NCBI GenBank assembly: GCA_947085095.1
Contig: CAMTVD010000001.1
Coordinates: forward strand, 1-64,000
Source of the DNA: an uncultured Thermus sp.
Lineage (GTDB): Bacteria; Deinococcota; Deinococci; Deinococcales; Thermaceae
DNA length: 64,000 nucleotides
Reading direction: 5' to 3'
Every line of letters begins with the position of its first letter. Position 1 is the stretch's first letter. The notes beneath the pieces were generated by a model. That model ran no database searches, was not told the DNA's origin, and saw nothing but the letters and a program-made list of their open reading frames with translations. Shown here piece after piece: positions 1-11,008 of this stretch. A program made the translations under genes and the position numbers.

Positions 1-65
1 AAAACCTCGGCCACCGTCTCCCGCACCGCTTCCCTCAGCAAGATTCGCAAGGTATCCTGGTCCAC
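1..65 (-). CDS. IS256-family transposase, 5' part (runs off window)
   Basis: GTG at 63-65 preceded by GAGGAGG; translation [21 protein letters not shown]. Confidence 0.85.
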   Translation of the reverse strand, partial: MDQDTLRILLREAVRETVAEV

Positions 66-137
66 GGGGCACCTCCTCGTGCTAAGGTGTGCCCCCCTAT
101 TAAACACGGACCCTTACACATAAATCCTTACACGACC
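1..137 (-). mobile_element. IS256-family insertion sequence (Thermus type), left end; rest lies outside the window
   Basis: Minus strand reads GGTCGTGTAAGGATTTATGTGTAAGG (terminal IR starting GG at 137), then RBS GAGGAGG and a GTG start encoding [21 protein letters not shown], which I recognise as the N-terminus of the Thermus IS256 transposase. Confidence 0.85.
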
Positions 138-1184
138 CTTGCCCAAGAGTTAAAGGAAGCGTTAGCCACCTATGCAGATAGTGGTGGTAGGGGTCGGGCA
201 GCCATCTCCCAAGAAGAAACCGTGGCGGTTATGCGGGAAAGATACGAGGTTTGTTGTGACCTCTTCTATGGTTTTGACTGGTCGGCGTGGAAGGGGGGAA
301 GCCCACAGGAAAGGCTCTCGCTACTACCGGCTGCCCAGGAGCATATCCTTGCCCAAGAGAGCGGAAAGGACCTATTCTTGCAGGCTATGCGTGAGCTTTC
401 GCGAGCCTTTTCGCTGGCTGTGCCCCACGAAGAGGCGCTACGCATACGAGACGACTTAGCCTTTTTCCAGGCAGTTCGGGCCAGCTTGGTGAAGCGGATA
501 CCCGAGGAAGCCCGCACGGAGGAAGAGCTGGATTATGCCATTAGGCAGCTGGTATCCAAGGCTATTGTTCCCGAGGGGGTCACGGACATATTTGCATCTG
601 CTGGTTTAAAGAAGCCCGATATCTCAATCCTGTCTGATGAATTTTTAGCTGAAGTTCGCAATATGCCCTATAAAAACCTTGCCATAGAGGTTCTCCAGCG
701 TTTGCTCAAAGGGGAGATTAACCGTCGTCGGCAGAAAAATATTGTTCAGGCCCGTTCCTTTGCTGAGATGTTGGAGCGGGCAATTCGCCAATACCAAAAC
801 CGGGCTGTTGAAGCTGTGCAGGTGATCGAGGAACTCCTTGCCCTAGCCAAGGAAATGCGGGAGGCTAACGCCCGGGGGGAGAAGCTGGGGCTGTCAGAGG
901 AGGAGCTTGCTTTTTATGATGCCTTGGAAACCAACGATAGCGCTGTAAAAGTGCTGGGCGATGAGACCCTGCGGACCATTGCCCGAGAGCTGGTTCAGGC
1001 GGTGCGCCAAAGCGCCTCCATAGACTGGGCTATTCGGGAGAGCGTACGGGCTCGGATGCGAGTTATTATCAAGCGTATTCTTCGCAAGTATGGTTATCCC
1101 CCGGATAAACAGGAGAAGGCTGTGAAGACGGTTTTGGAACAGGCTGAGGCCCTGTCAGCGGCGTGGGTAGATTCTCAGGACTAG
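138..1184 (+). pseudogene. hsdR: Type I restriction endonuclease R subunit, C-terminal remnant (DUF3387-type region) interrupted by IS256
   Basis: [12 protein letters not shown]...[17 protein letters not shown]...[14 protein letters not shown]...[34 protein letters not shown] is the typical HsdR C-terminus. It starts abruptly at the IS end and has lower GC than the core genes. Confidence 0.85.
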
Positions 1185-1438
1185 GTTCGTTCTGGGTAAG
1201 GGTTTGGACGGAAACGTGGAGTAGTCCTCCATGCCCTGAATCTCTTGCGTCGCTGAGAGGACCTTCATAGAGGGGACAGCTTGGCTTTTGTTGGAACAGT
1301 AGCAAATACGTGAGGGCTTATTTGAGGGCTAACGAACAAGAGGGAGGTGGGGTCGCCCTTTACTATTGGGCACGATAGTTATCATGAGCAAGCCTTATCC
1401 TGCATGTCACAACACCAGGTGAACTCTAAAGAGCCTGT

Positions 1439-1483
1439 CTCACACGCGAGAGGTCGTAGGTTCAAGTCCTACGCCGCCCACCA
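1439..1483 (+). mobile_element. att site: duplicated 3' half of tRNA-Val(CAC), marking the right boundary of an integrated island
   Basis: CTCACACGCGAGAGGTCGTAGGTTCAAGTCCTACGCCGCCCACCA = anticodon loop (CAC), T-arm (GGTTCAAGTCC), acceptor 3' strand and CCA. No D-arm or 5' strand upstream. Confidence 0.85.
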
Positions 1484-1493
1484 CGAGGACAAT

Positions 1494-1524
1494 GCTTCCC
1501 CCCACGGTAGCGTGGGGGGAAAGC
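1494..1524 (+). terminator. GC-rich hairpin downstream of the tRNA-Val 3' end
   Basis: TTCCCCCCACG-GTAG-CGTGGGGGGAA inverted repeat. Confidence 0.6.
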
Positions 1525-1726
1525 CTTTAGCTGGGTTATCAGCCGGTCGGGAGGGCTTTGGGGCGGGGAAGGGGTGCCTGGTCCCCAGGCTTCCACATAA
1601 AATAGTTGCTTCCACCATCTGCTTTATTGCGGGGCAAAGGCATAGTTCTCGCTTTAGCAAAGTGAAGTGTTTTCTAGAAGGGCCTTAGTGGATCATTTTT
1701 GTACCTGGTCTACCGTTGCCCCAAAG

Positions 1727-1960
1727 TGGTATAATGCCTCTGTCCCGGGCGACCGGGAGGGGACCTTGAAAGCCAAACTTCCCTTGGGGATGGGCAATAT
1801 GCGTTTTCACCTTCTCATCGCACCTTCTGCTGTGGCTTGAGAACGGGCCAAAACCCCCCAAAACCTCCCTTATTCGCCTTACGCATATTCCAAGCTTCAT
1901 CTTTCTCACAAACCCCCCCTCCGAGAGCCCCGTCCCACACAGGGAAAACCAGAGGTTAGA
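1727..1960 (+). promoter_or_regulatory. Probable CRISPR leader with extended -10 promoter
   Basis: TGGTATAAT at 1727-1735 followed by a relatively AT-rich non-coding stretch ending exactly at the first repeat. Confidence 0.55.
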
Positions 1961-3886
<1,926 letters not shown>

Positions 3887-3925
3887 GGCACCATCCTACC
3901 CCGGGGCCTTTGGCATGCTGGAGGG

Positions 3926-4387
3926 GTGGACCCCTACCGGGAGTACCAGGACTACGTGATGGCCTCGAGGCTCCTCATCGCCTTGGGCCTTTCTCGGGAG
4001 GTCCTCACCCTCTCCCAGTACGCCCGCCTGCGGCTTAGGCGCATGGAGCTTGCCAGGAAGGGGGCGTGGGGGGCCCTGGAAAGCCTGGACGAGCGCCTGC
4101 GCTACGGGTTTTGGACCAACCCCCTAAAGCTCAAGGAGTTCCTGAAAAAGGCCCCCGCCACCCCGTACCTGGCCTCGCCGGCGGCCCTTGAAGACCTGCT
4201 CTTCCCGGAGGAAAGGGCCAGGCTCCGGTACCCGGGGCAGGCGGGGGAGTACTACCTGGGGTTTTTGCGCCTCCCCCACCTCCTCATGGACCCCGTGGGC
4301 TTTGAGGAGGCCCTCAGGGAGCAGGAGGAAAGGGCCAGGGCCCTGCCCCTTTTCCTTCAGGCTTTTCACCGGGTCAGGGGGGCCTAG
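3926..4387 (+). CDS. Hypothetical protein
   Basis: 153-aa ORF with typical codon usage filling the intergenic space. Confidence 0.7.
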   Translation: MDPYREYQDYVMASRLLIALGLSREVLTLSQYARLRLRRMELARKGAWGALESLDERLRYGFWTNPLKLKEFLKKAPATPYLASPAALEDLLFPEERARLRYPGQAGEYYLGFLRLPHLLMDPVGFEEALREQEERARALPLFLQAFHRVRGA

Positions 4388-4401
4388 TGCCCCTTTTCCC
4401 A

Positions 4402-4430
4402 TTGACCCCTCCTGGGGCGTGGTGTATAAT
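4402..4430 (+). promoter_or_regulatory. sigmaA promoter of gltB
   Basis: TTGACC-N17-TATAAT. Confidence 0.8.
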
Positions 4431-4494
4431 CCCGGGAACGACGCGCATATCTTTGCCCACCCCAGACCCCCTTGCCCAGTGAAGGAGCCCGAAG

Positions 4495-7400
4495 ATGACC
4501 TGGAAGGAAGCCTACCCGGACATCCCCCTAGGCCAGGACGCCTGCGGCATCATCGCCATGGCAGAAAAGAGCGGCAAGCCCTCCCACCGCATCGTGCGGC
4601 GCACGCTGGAAAGCCTCTACCGCATGGCCCACCGCGCGGGGGCCATCCGGGGCGAGGGGGACGGAACGGGAATCCAGACCGACATCCCCCGGGAGCTATG
4701 GGCGGGGTTTTTGGAGAAGGCGGGGCATGACCCCAGGCTGGCCTTCAACCCCCGCTTTTTCGTGGGGCACTTCTTCGTGCCCAAGGGGGAGGAGGGCCGC
4801 CTGGGCGAGTTCTTTGACCTTCTGAGGCAAGAAGGGCAGCGGCTTGGCGTGCGCCCCGTCCACTTCCAAAGGGGCGAGGTGGTGAGCGAGGTCCTGGGCC
4901 CGGTGGGGCGGCGCACGGAGCCCCTTTTCCTCCAGGTGGCGGGTCTTTCCCCGGACGGGGACGCCCCCCTCTGGGAGCTGGGGCTTCGCCTCGAGGCCCA
5001 GTTCCCCGTGCACGTGGTTTCCCTCTCCACCCACAGCGTGGTCTACAAGGTGCGGGGGGCGGCGGAGCTCCTCAAGCGCTACTACCCCGAGCTCTCCCGC
5101 CCCGAGTTCAAGAGCGCCATCGCCCTGGGCCACAACCGCTACTCCACCAACACCCTCTCCACCTTTGAGCAGGTCCAGCCCTTTGGCCTTCTGGGCCACA
5201 ACGGGGAGATCAACACCATTGAGCGCTTAAGGCGGGAGCTGGACTTCCTGGGCATCCCCCGCACCGGGGGCTCGGACTCCCAGGACCTGAACCGCATGCT
5301 GGAAGGCCTCATCTACCGCTTTGGCCTCACCCTGCCCGAGGCCATGGACCTGGTCTTCCCCCCTATCCTGGGGGAGATCAAGGGCCTCCCCGAGGAGCTC
5401 CAAGACCTCTACATGACCCTCAGGCAGCGCTTTGGCCCCCTGGCCCAGGGCCCTGCGGCCATCGTGAGCCGCCACGGGGACGAGGCGGTCTTCGCCACCG
5501 ACGCCATGGGCCTGAGGCCCCTTTGGCAGTTTGAGACCCCGTACGAGCTGGTCTTCTCCTCGGAGAGGGGGGTCTTCAGCGCCGAGGAGTTCGTTTCCGA
5601 GCCCAAGCCCCTGGCCCCGGGGGAGAAGGTCTACCTGCGCCTCACCCCGGAAGGGGCCCGGGTCCTTCCCTTTGACCGCCACCAGCGCCTGGTGCTGGAG
5701 CGCCTCGCCGCCAGGACCCCGGTGGCGGGGTACCGGGTCCACCTCCAAGGCCCCTTGCGCCAGGGCCTCCCCCCGGTGGCGGGGGGGAGCGAGGCCCAGG
5801 TGGAGGAGAAGCCCGCCCCGCCCCCTCTGGGGCTGGAGAGGGCCTACGGCTGGGACCGCTGGGACGGGGCCTACCTCGAGGCCCTGGCCAAGACCGGCAA
5901 CGAGCCCATCGGCTCCCTGGGCTACGACGGCCCCCTGGCCGCCCTGAACCCGGAGAAGCCCAACCTCTCCGAGTTCTTCAAGGAGACGGTGGCGGTGGTG
6001 ACCAACCCCGCCATTGACCGGGAGCGGGAGATTGAGCACTTCTCCACCCGCACCCTCCTGGGCCGCCGCCCCCTGCCCCACGGCCAGGGCGGGGGGAGGG
6101 TGGAGGAGCTCCTCCTGCCCCTCGTTCTGGAAAGCGACCAGGCCCTGGCCGAGGCCTTCGGCACCCTCACCCTGGAGGAGGTGCGGGCCCGTTTCCAGAC
6201 CGCCACCCTCGTCCCCCAGTTCACCGTGGAGGAGGGCCTCCTCGTGGGGCTCAAGCGCCTGGAGGAGGAGGCGGTGAGGGCGGTGGAGGCGGGGGCCGAG
6301 GTCCTCATCCTCTCCGACCGGGAGGCCTTCCAGGGGGGCATCTGGATAGATATCGGCCTGGCGGTGGCGGCGGTGAACCGGGCCCTCCTGAAACGGGGCC
6401 CGGACGGGGTGGCCTTGAGGCGCAAGACCTCGGTCCTGGTCCACTCGGGCGGGGTGCGGAACCTCCACGACCTGGCCTTCCTCTTAGGCCTGGGGGCAGA
6501 GGCCGTGGCCCCTTGGCTCATGGAGGAGAAGGCCCGGGCCCTGGAGGGGAGGAAGGGGGTGGCGAACGCCCTCGAGGCCCTGAGGAAAGGCCTGGAGAAG
6601 GTCATCTCCACCATGGGCATCCACGAGCTCAGGGGTTACGGGAAGATCTTCAGCGCCATCGGGCTGAAGCCGGAACTCGCCGAGTACTTCGGCACCCGCA
6701 ACTTCCTGGGATCGGAGAACGGGGGGTACGGCTTCCTGGAACTGGAGCGCACCCTTTTGGAAAGGGAGGGGTTCTTCCGGGCGGAGAAGGTTCCTCCCGC
6801 CAAGGACTTCCGCTTCAACCCCAGGATCTACAAGGCGGCCCAGGAGGTGGCCACGGGCCAGGCCCCCTACAGCCACTTCCAGGAGAAGGTGCACTCCCTG
6901 GAGCGGGAAAGCCCGGTGGCGGCCAGGCAGCTACTGGAGGTGCGCTTCCCCGAAAGGAGCGAGGTGGCCCCCGAGGAGGTGGACCTCTCCGTGGGCGGCC
7001 ACTCTCTCCCCTTCGTCATCAGCGCCATGAGCTTCGGCTCCCAGGGGGAGGCCGCTTTCAGGGCCTACGCCGAGGCGGCCAAGCGCCTCAACATGCTCTG
7101 CATGAACGGCGAGGGGGGGGAGATCCCCGACATGCTGGGCAGGTACACCCACTGGCGGGGGCAGCAGGTGGCCTCGGGGCGCTTTGGCGTCCACGCCTAC
7201 ATGCTGAACTCGGCCAGCGTCATTGAGATCAAGATCGGCCAGGGGGCCAAGCCGGGGGAAGGGGGGCACCTGCCGGGCAAGAAGGTCTCCGCCAAGGTGG
7301 CCGCCGCCAGGAACGCCGTGCCGGGGGTGGACCTCATCAGCCCCTCCAACAACCACGACCTCTACTCCATTGAGGACCTGGCCCAGCTCATTGAGGAGCT

Positions 7401-8973
7401 GAAGACGGTGAACCCCAAGGCCCTGGTCTCGGTGAAGGTGCCGGTGATCCCCGGGATCGGCACCATCGCCGTGGGCATCGCCAAGGCGGGGGCGGACGTC
7501 ATCACCCTCTCGGGGTTTGAGGGGGGGACGGGGGCGGCCCGGCTCCACGCCCTCAAGTACGCGGGCCTCCCCGTGGAGCTGGGGGTGCGCCGGGCCCATC
7601 GGGCCCTGGTGCGGGCGGGGCTTCGCGACCGGGTGGAGATCTGGGCCGACGGGGGCTTGAAGACCGCCTACGATGTCCTGCGCATGGTCCTTTTGGGGGC
7701 GGACCGGGTGGGCATGGCCACCATGGCCATGGTGGCCATCGGCTGCACCATCTGCCGGGGTTGCCAGCTGGACACCTGCCACGTGGGCATCACCACCCAG
7801 ATAGAGACGGTGGAGGAGGCCCTGGCCCACGGCCTGAAGCGCTTCGTGCCCCAGGACCTGGAACGGGCCGTGGAGCAGCTCACCCGCTTCTTTGAGGCCA
7901 AGGGGGAGGCCTTGAGGGAGCTGGTGGCCGCCCTGGGGGTTCGCTCTCTGAGGGAGCTTCGGGGCCGGGCGGACCTCCTCTACCAGCGGGACCGGCAGGA
8001 GGAGCTGGACCTCGGCTACTTCTTCCTGCCCGTGGAGGAGCCCGACTGGCTCCAGGACACCTCGGCCCACGTCCTCAGGAAGCCCCTGAACCAGCTCACC
8101 CGCACCATCACCGAGGTGGTCATGCATGCCTACGGCGAGGGGAGCCGGCGCATGGTCTTCCAGGAGGGGCCGGTGAACTCCACGGACCGGGCCCTGGGGG
8201 CCCACCTGGCGGGGGAGATCGCCCGCAGGAGGCTTTACGGCAAGGGATTTGACGCCGAGGTGGAGCTCCGCTTTGACGCGGGGAGCGTGGCCGGGAACGG
8301 CCTCGCCGCCTTCAACGTGGAGGGGATGCGGGTGGTGGTGGAGGGCGGGGCCCAGGACGGGGTGGCCAAGGGGGCCTTTGGGGGGCTGGTGGCCGTCCTC
8401 AAGGGGAAGAACCCCTACGGGGCCTATGTGGACGGTTCCGTGGGCAAGAGCTTCGCCTACGGGGCCATCGGCGGGTTCCTCATCGTGGAGGGAATGGCGG
8501 ACAGCCGCTTCTGCATCCGCCTTTCCGGGGCGGACGTGGTCTTGGGTGGGGAGCCCGAGCGCCCCTTGCGGGACGACCTGGGCAACCTGGCCGCCCGGGC
8601 CCAGGCTAAGGGCTTCGCCTTTGAGTACATGACCCGGGGGCGGGCCCTGGTCCTGGGGGACCCGGGGCCCTGGATCTGCTCGGGGATGACGGGGGGGCGG
8701 GTCTACCTGCGCCACTGGCCGGAGATGGGGCTCACGGAGGAGGCCATGCGCCGCCGCCTGGCCAAGGGGGCCAGGGTGGCGGTGAGGCCCTTGGATGCCC
8801 GGGGGGTGGAGGACGTGCGCGAGCTCCTTTCCGCCTACATCCGGGTGCTTAGGGAGGCCAAGCGGGAGGAGAAGGCCCTCCGGTTGGAGAAGCTTTTGCA
8901 AGACCCCAGCCAGCACTTCCGCATGGTGGAGCCCGTGAACCAGCAGGTGGAGCAGGGCGTGAGCACGGAGTGA
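4495..8973 (+). CDS. gltB: Glutamate synthase large subunit
   Basis: Ntn amidotransferase DACG, HNRYSTNT, HNGEINT, FMN domain IKIGQGAKPGEGGHLPG, 3Fe-4S motif CTICRGCQLDTC, C-terminal GXGXG domain. Confidence 0.96.
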   Translation: MTWKEAYPDIPLGQDACGIIAMAEKSGKPSHRIVRRTLESLYRMAHRAGAIRGEGDGTGIQTDIPRELWAGFLEKAGHDPRLAFNPRFFVGHFFVPKGEEGRLGEFFDLLRQEGQRLGVRPVHFQRGEVVSEVLGPVGRRTEPLFLQVAGLSPDGDAPLWELGLRLEAQFPVHVVSLSTHSVVYKVRGAAELLKRYYPELSRPEFKSAIALGHNRYSTNTLSTFEQVQPFGLLGHNGEINTIERLRRELDFLGIPRTGGSDSQDLNRMLEGLIYRFGLTLPEAMDLVFPPILGEIKGLPEELQDLYMTLRQRFGPLAQGPAAIVSRHGDEAVFATDAMGLRPLWQFETPYELVFSSERGVFSAEEFVSEPKPLAPGEKVYLRLTPEGARVLPFDRHQRLVLERLAARTPVAGYRVHLQGPLRQGLPPVAGGSEAQVEEKPAPPPLGLERAYGWDRWDGAYLEALAKTGNEPIGSLGYDGPLAALNPEKPNLSEFFKETVAVVTNPAIDREREIEHFSTRTLLGRRPLPHGQGGGRVEELLLPLVLESDQALAEAFGTLTLEEVRARFQTATLVPQFTVEEGLLVGLKRLEEEAVRAVEAGAEVLILSDREAFQGGIWIDIGLAVAAVNRALLKRGPDGVALRRKTSVLVHSGGVRNLHDLAFLLGLGAEAVAPWLMEEKARALEGRKGVANALEALRKGLEKVISTMGIHELRGYGKIFSAIGLKPELAEYFGTRNFLGSENGGYGFLELERTLLEREGFFRAEKVPPAKDFRFNPRIYKAAQEVATGQAPYSHFQEKVHSLERESPVAARQLLEVRFPERSEVAPEEVDLSVGGHSLPFVISAMSFGSQGEAAFRAYAEAAKRLNMLCMNGEGGEIPDMLGRYTHWRGQQVASGRFGVHAYMLNSASVIEIKIGQGAKPGEGGHLPGKKVSAKVAAARNAVPGVDLISPSNNHDLYSIEDLAQLIEELKTVNPKALVSVKVPVIPGIGTIAVGIAKAGADVITLSGFEGGTGAARLHALKYAGLPVELGVRRAHRALVRAGLRDRVEIWADGGLKTAYDVLRMVLLGADRVGMATMAMVAIGCTICRGCQLDTCHVGITTQIETVEEALAHGLKRFVPQDLERAVEQLTRFFEAKGEALRELVAALGVRSLRELRGRADLLYQRDRQEELDLGYFFLPVEEPDWLQDTSAHVLRKPLNQLTRTITEVVMHAYGEGSRRMVFQEGPVNSTDRALGAHLAGEIARRRLYGKGFDAEVELRFDAGSVAGNGLAAFNVEGMRVVVEGGAQDGVAKGAFGGLVAVLKGKNPYGAYVDGSVGKSFAYGAIGGFLIVEGMADSRFCIRLSGADVVLGGEPERPLRDDLGNLAARAQAKGFAFEYMTRGRALVLGDPGPWICSGMTGGRVYLRHWPEMGLTEEAMRRRLAKGARVAVRPLDARGVEDVRELLSAYIRVLREAKREEKALRLEKLLQDPSQHFRMVEPVNQQVEQGVSTE

Positions 8974-9017
8974 GGCCCTGGCTGGACTTTTGGGGGACGG
9001 GAGGGTACATTTGTCCC

Positions 9018-9566
9018 GTGGACCCCGGTGAGCTCCTGGACCTCCTCAAGCGGCGCACCGGTTTTACCCAGATCCATGCCGCCCTGCTACGGGAGCTAGG
9101 AGGGGTTATGGCCCCCATCGCCCCCGAGGTGGCCCTGGCCTTTTACGACTACCTGGGGCGGGACCCGGAGCTTTCCGGCGTCCTCCACGCCGTTCCCGGC
9201 CGGGTGGAAAGGCTTTACGGCACCTTCGCCGAGTGGTACCGGGAGCTTTTTTCCGGCGCCTACGACCGGGCCTACGCGGAAAGGCGCAGGCGCATCGGGC
9301 TGGTGCACGCCCGGCTGGGCATCGGTCCCAGGGCCATCATCCCCGCCATGGGCATCGTGCAGGAGCTTTCCCTGGAACATTTGCGTACCGCTTTGAGAAG
9401 CCACGAGATCTTTTCGGCGGTGGAGGCCTTTGAAAAGATCATCGCCATAGAGGTGGCCTTGGTGGAGGAGAGCTACCTCGAGGCCCTCTCCTTGGGCCTT
9501 TCCCTGGGGCACCGGGACCTGGGCCAGGCCCTGAGGGAGGGGGCCAAGGCCCTGCTTTCCCCCTAG
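9018..9566 (+). CDS. Stand-alone protoglobin / sensor-globin domain protein
   Basis: AFYDYL and RRRIGLVHARLGI (proximal His) as in sensor globins; GTG 9018 is 6 nt after the -10 TACATT. Confidence 0.75.
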   Translation: MDPGELLDLLKRRTGFTQIHAALLRELGGVMAPIAPEVALAFYDYLGRDPELSGVLHAVPGRVERLYGTFAEWYRELFSGAYDRAYAERRRRIGLVHARLGIGPRAIIPAMGIVQELSLEHLRTALRSHEIFSAVEAFEKIIAIEVALVEESYLEALSLGLSLGHRDLGQALREGAKALLSP

Positions 9567-10897
9567 GGCTCCCTGGCCAGGTCGTTGAAACGCACGTGTT
9601 GGGCGTGGAACTGGAGCTCCACGGTGCCCGTGGGGCCGTTCCGCTGCTTGCCCACGATGATCTCGGCGATGCCCGCTTTCTCGGAATGGGGGTTGTAGTA
9701 CTCGTCCCGGTAAATGAACATGACCAGGTCGGCGTCCTGCTCAATGCTCCCCGACTCCCTGAGGTCCGAGAGCATGGGGCGCTTGTTGGGCCTGGCCTCC
9801 ACCGCCCGGGAGAGCTGGCTCAGGGCGATCACCGGCACGTTGAGCTCCCGGGCCAGGGCCTTGAGCCCCCGGGAGATGGCGGCGATCTCCTGCTGGCGGT
9901 TTTCCCCGTTCTTGCCTCCCCCGGGTCCGGCCATGAGCTGGAGATAATCTAAGATAATGAGGCCTACCTGGCTCTGGCTCCTGAGGCGCCGCGCCCGGGC
10001 CCTGAGCTCCATGAGGGTGAGGTCGGGGGTGTCGTCTATGAAGATGGGGGCCTCGGAGAGGCGGCCCGCCACGTCCACCAGGCGGGAGAAGTCCCGGTCG
10101 GTGAGCTGGCCCAGGCGGACCCGGTTCATGTCAATGCGGGCCTCGGAGCACATCATGCGCAGGGTGAGCTGGGCCGCGGGCATCTCCAGGGAGTAGATGC
10201 CCACCCCCACCCCCTCTTTCAGGGCGGCGTGCTGGGCGATGGTGAGGGCGAAGGCGGTCTTGCCCATGGCGGGACGGGCGGCGATGATGTTGAGGGAGCC
10301 TGGCGCAAGGGTGCCGATGAGCCCGTCCAGCTCCTTGAAGCCCGTGCGCACCCCGGCCACCTCCCCCTTGTTCTGGAAGAGGGCCTCAATGTGCTCAAAG
10401 GTTTTGGTGACCAGCTCCCGCATGGACTGGGCTTCGGTGTCCGTCTTGGTGAGGGCCACCTCCAGGATCTTCTTCCCCGCGGTGTCCAGGATCTCGTCCA
10501 GACTCCCCGCCTCCTCGTAGGCCAGGCGCATGGCCTCGCCCGCCGCCTGGATGAGCCGCCTCAGGGTCCACTTCTCCGCCACGATGCGGGCGTAGTGCTC
10601 CGCGTAGGCGGCGGTGGGGGTGGCCTCGGAGAGCTGGACCAGGTAGCCCACCCCGCCCACCCCCGCAAGCTCCCCCCTTTTGGAGAGCTCCTCGGAGAGG
10701 GTCACCAGGTCCACGGGCTTGTTGGCGGCCCTCAGGGCCTGCATGGCGGCGTAGATCTTGCGGTGGTTCTCCATGTAGAAGGCCTCGGGGGAGGGGAGGA
10801 GACCTTCCAGTTCGTCCATGACGTCGGAGTCCAGGAGAATGGAGCCCAAGACGCTTTGCTCCGCCTCGAGGCTGTGGGGAGGAATACGGCCTTCCAT
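9563..10897 (-). CDS. dnaB: Replicative DNA helicase
   Basis: PPHSLEAEQSVLG, Walker A ARPAMGKT, LDYLQL, SDLRESGSIEQDAD. Confidence 0.97.
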   Translation of the reverse strand: MEGRIPPHSLEAEQSVLGSILLDSDVMDELEGLLPSPEAFYMENHRKIYAAMQALRAANKPVDLVTLSEELSKRGELAGVGGVGYLVQLSEATPTAAYAEHYARIVAEKWTLRRLIQAAGEAMRLAYEEAGSLDEILDTAGKKILEVALTKTDTEAQSMRELVTKTFEHIEALFQNKGEVAGVRTGFKELDGLIGTLAPGSLNIIAARPAMGKTAFALTIAQHAALKEGVGVGIYSLEMPAAQLTLRMMCSEARIDMNRVRLGQLTDRDFSRLVDVAGRLSEAPIFIDDTPDLTLMELRARARRLRSQSQVGLIILDYLQLMAGPGGGKNGENRQQEIAAISRGLKALARELNVPVIALSQLSRAVEARPNKRPMLSDLRESGSIEQDADLVMFIYRDEYYNPHSEKAGIAEIIVGKQRNGPTGTVELQFHAQHVRFNDLAREP

Positions 10898-11008
10898 AAG
10901 CCTCACCAGGCTACGCCCAACTCCCCCGTTCTTGCCAGTAGGGCTATCCCTGAGGGAAGGATTGCCTCCCACTAAGGTTTCTCAGGGGGGGTCTGCTAGG
11001 GTGGGGGT

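Noticed and set aside
87..137. N-terminus of the 365-aa ORF ([17 protein letters not shown])
   Set aside because: It is read from the IS256 terminal sequence and has no RBS; not part of HsdR
1347..1688. 113-aa ORF
   Set aside because: Runs across the tRNA fragment and hairpin, with no recognisable motif or Thermus codon bias
1926..1934. AGCCCCGTC in the leader matching the repeat core
   Set aside because: Only 9 bp and out of register with the 70-bp period; not a third repeat
6931..8916. Long antisense ORFs (also 18831-20519, 21772-23205, 26085-28232, 40077-42563, 46732-48357)
   Set aside because: Shadow ORFs from high GC3 on the opposite strand of well-identified genes
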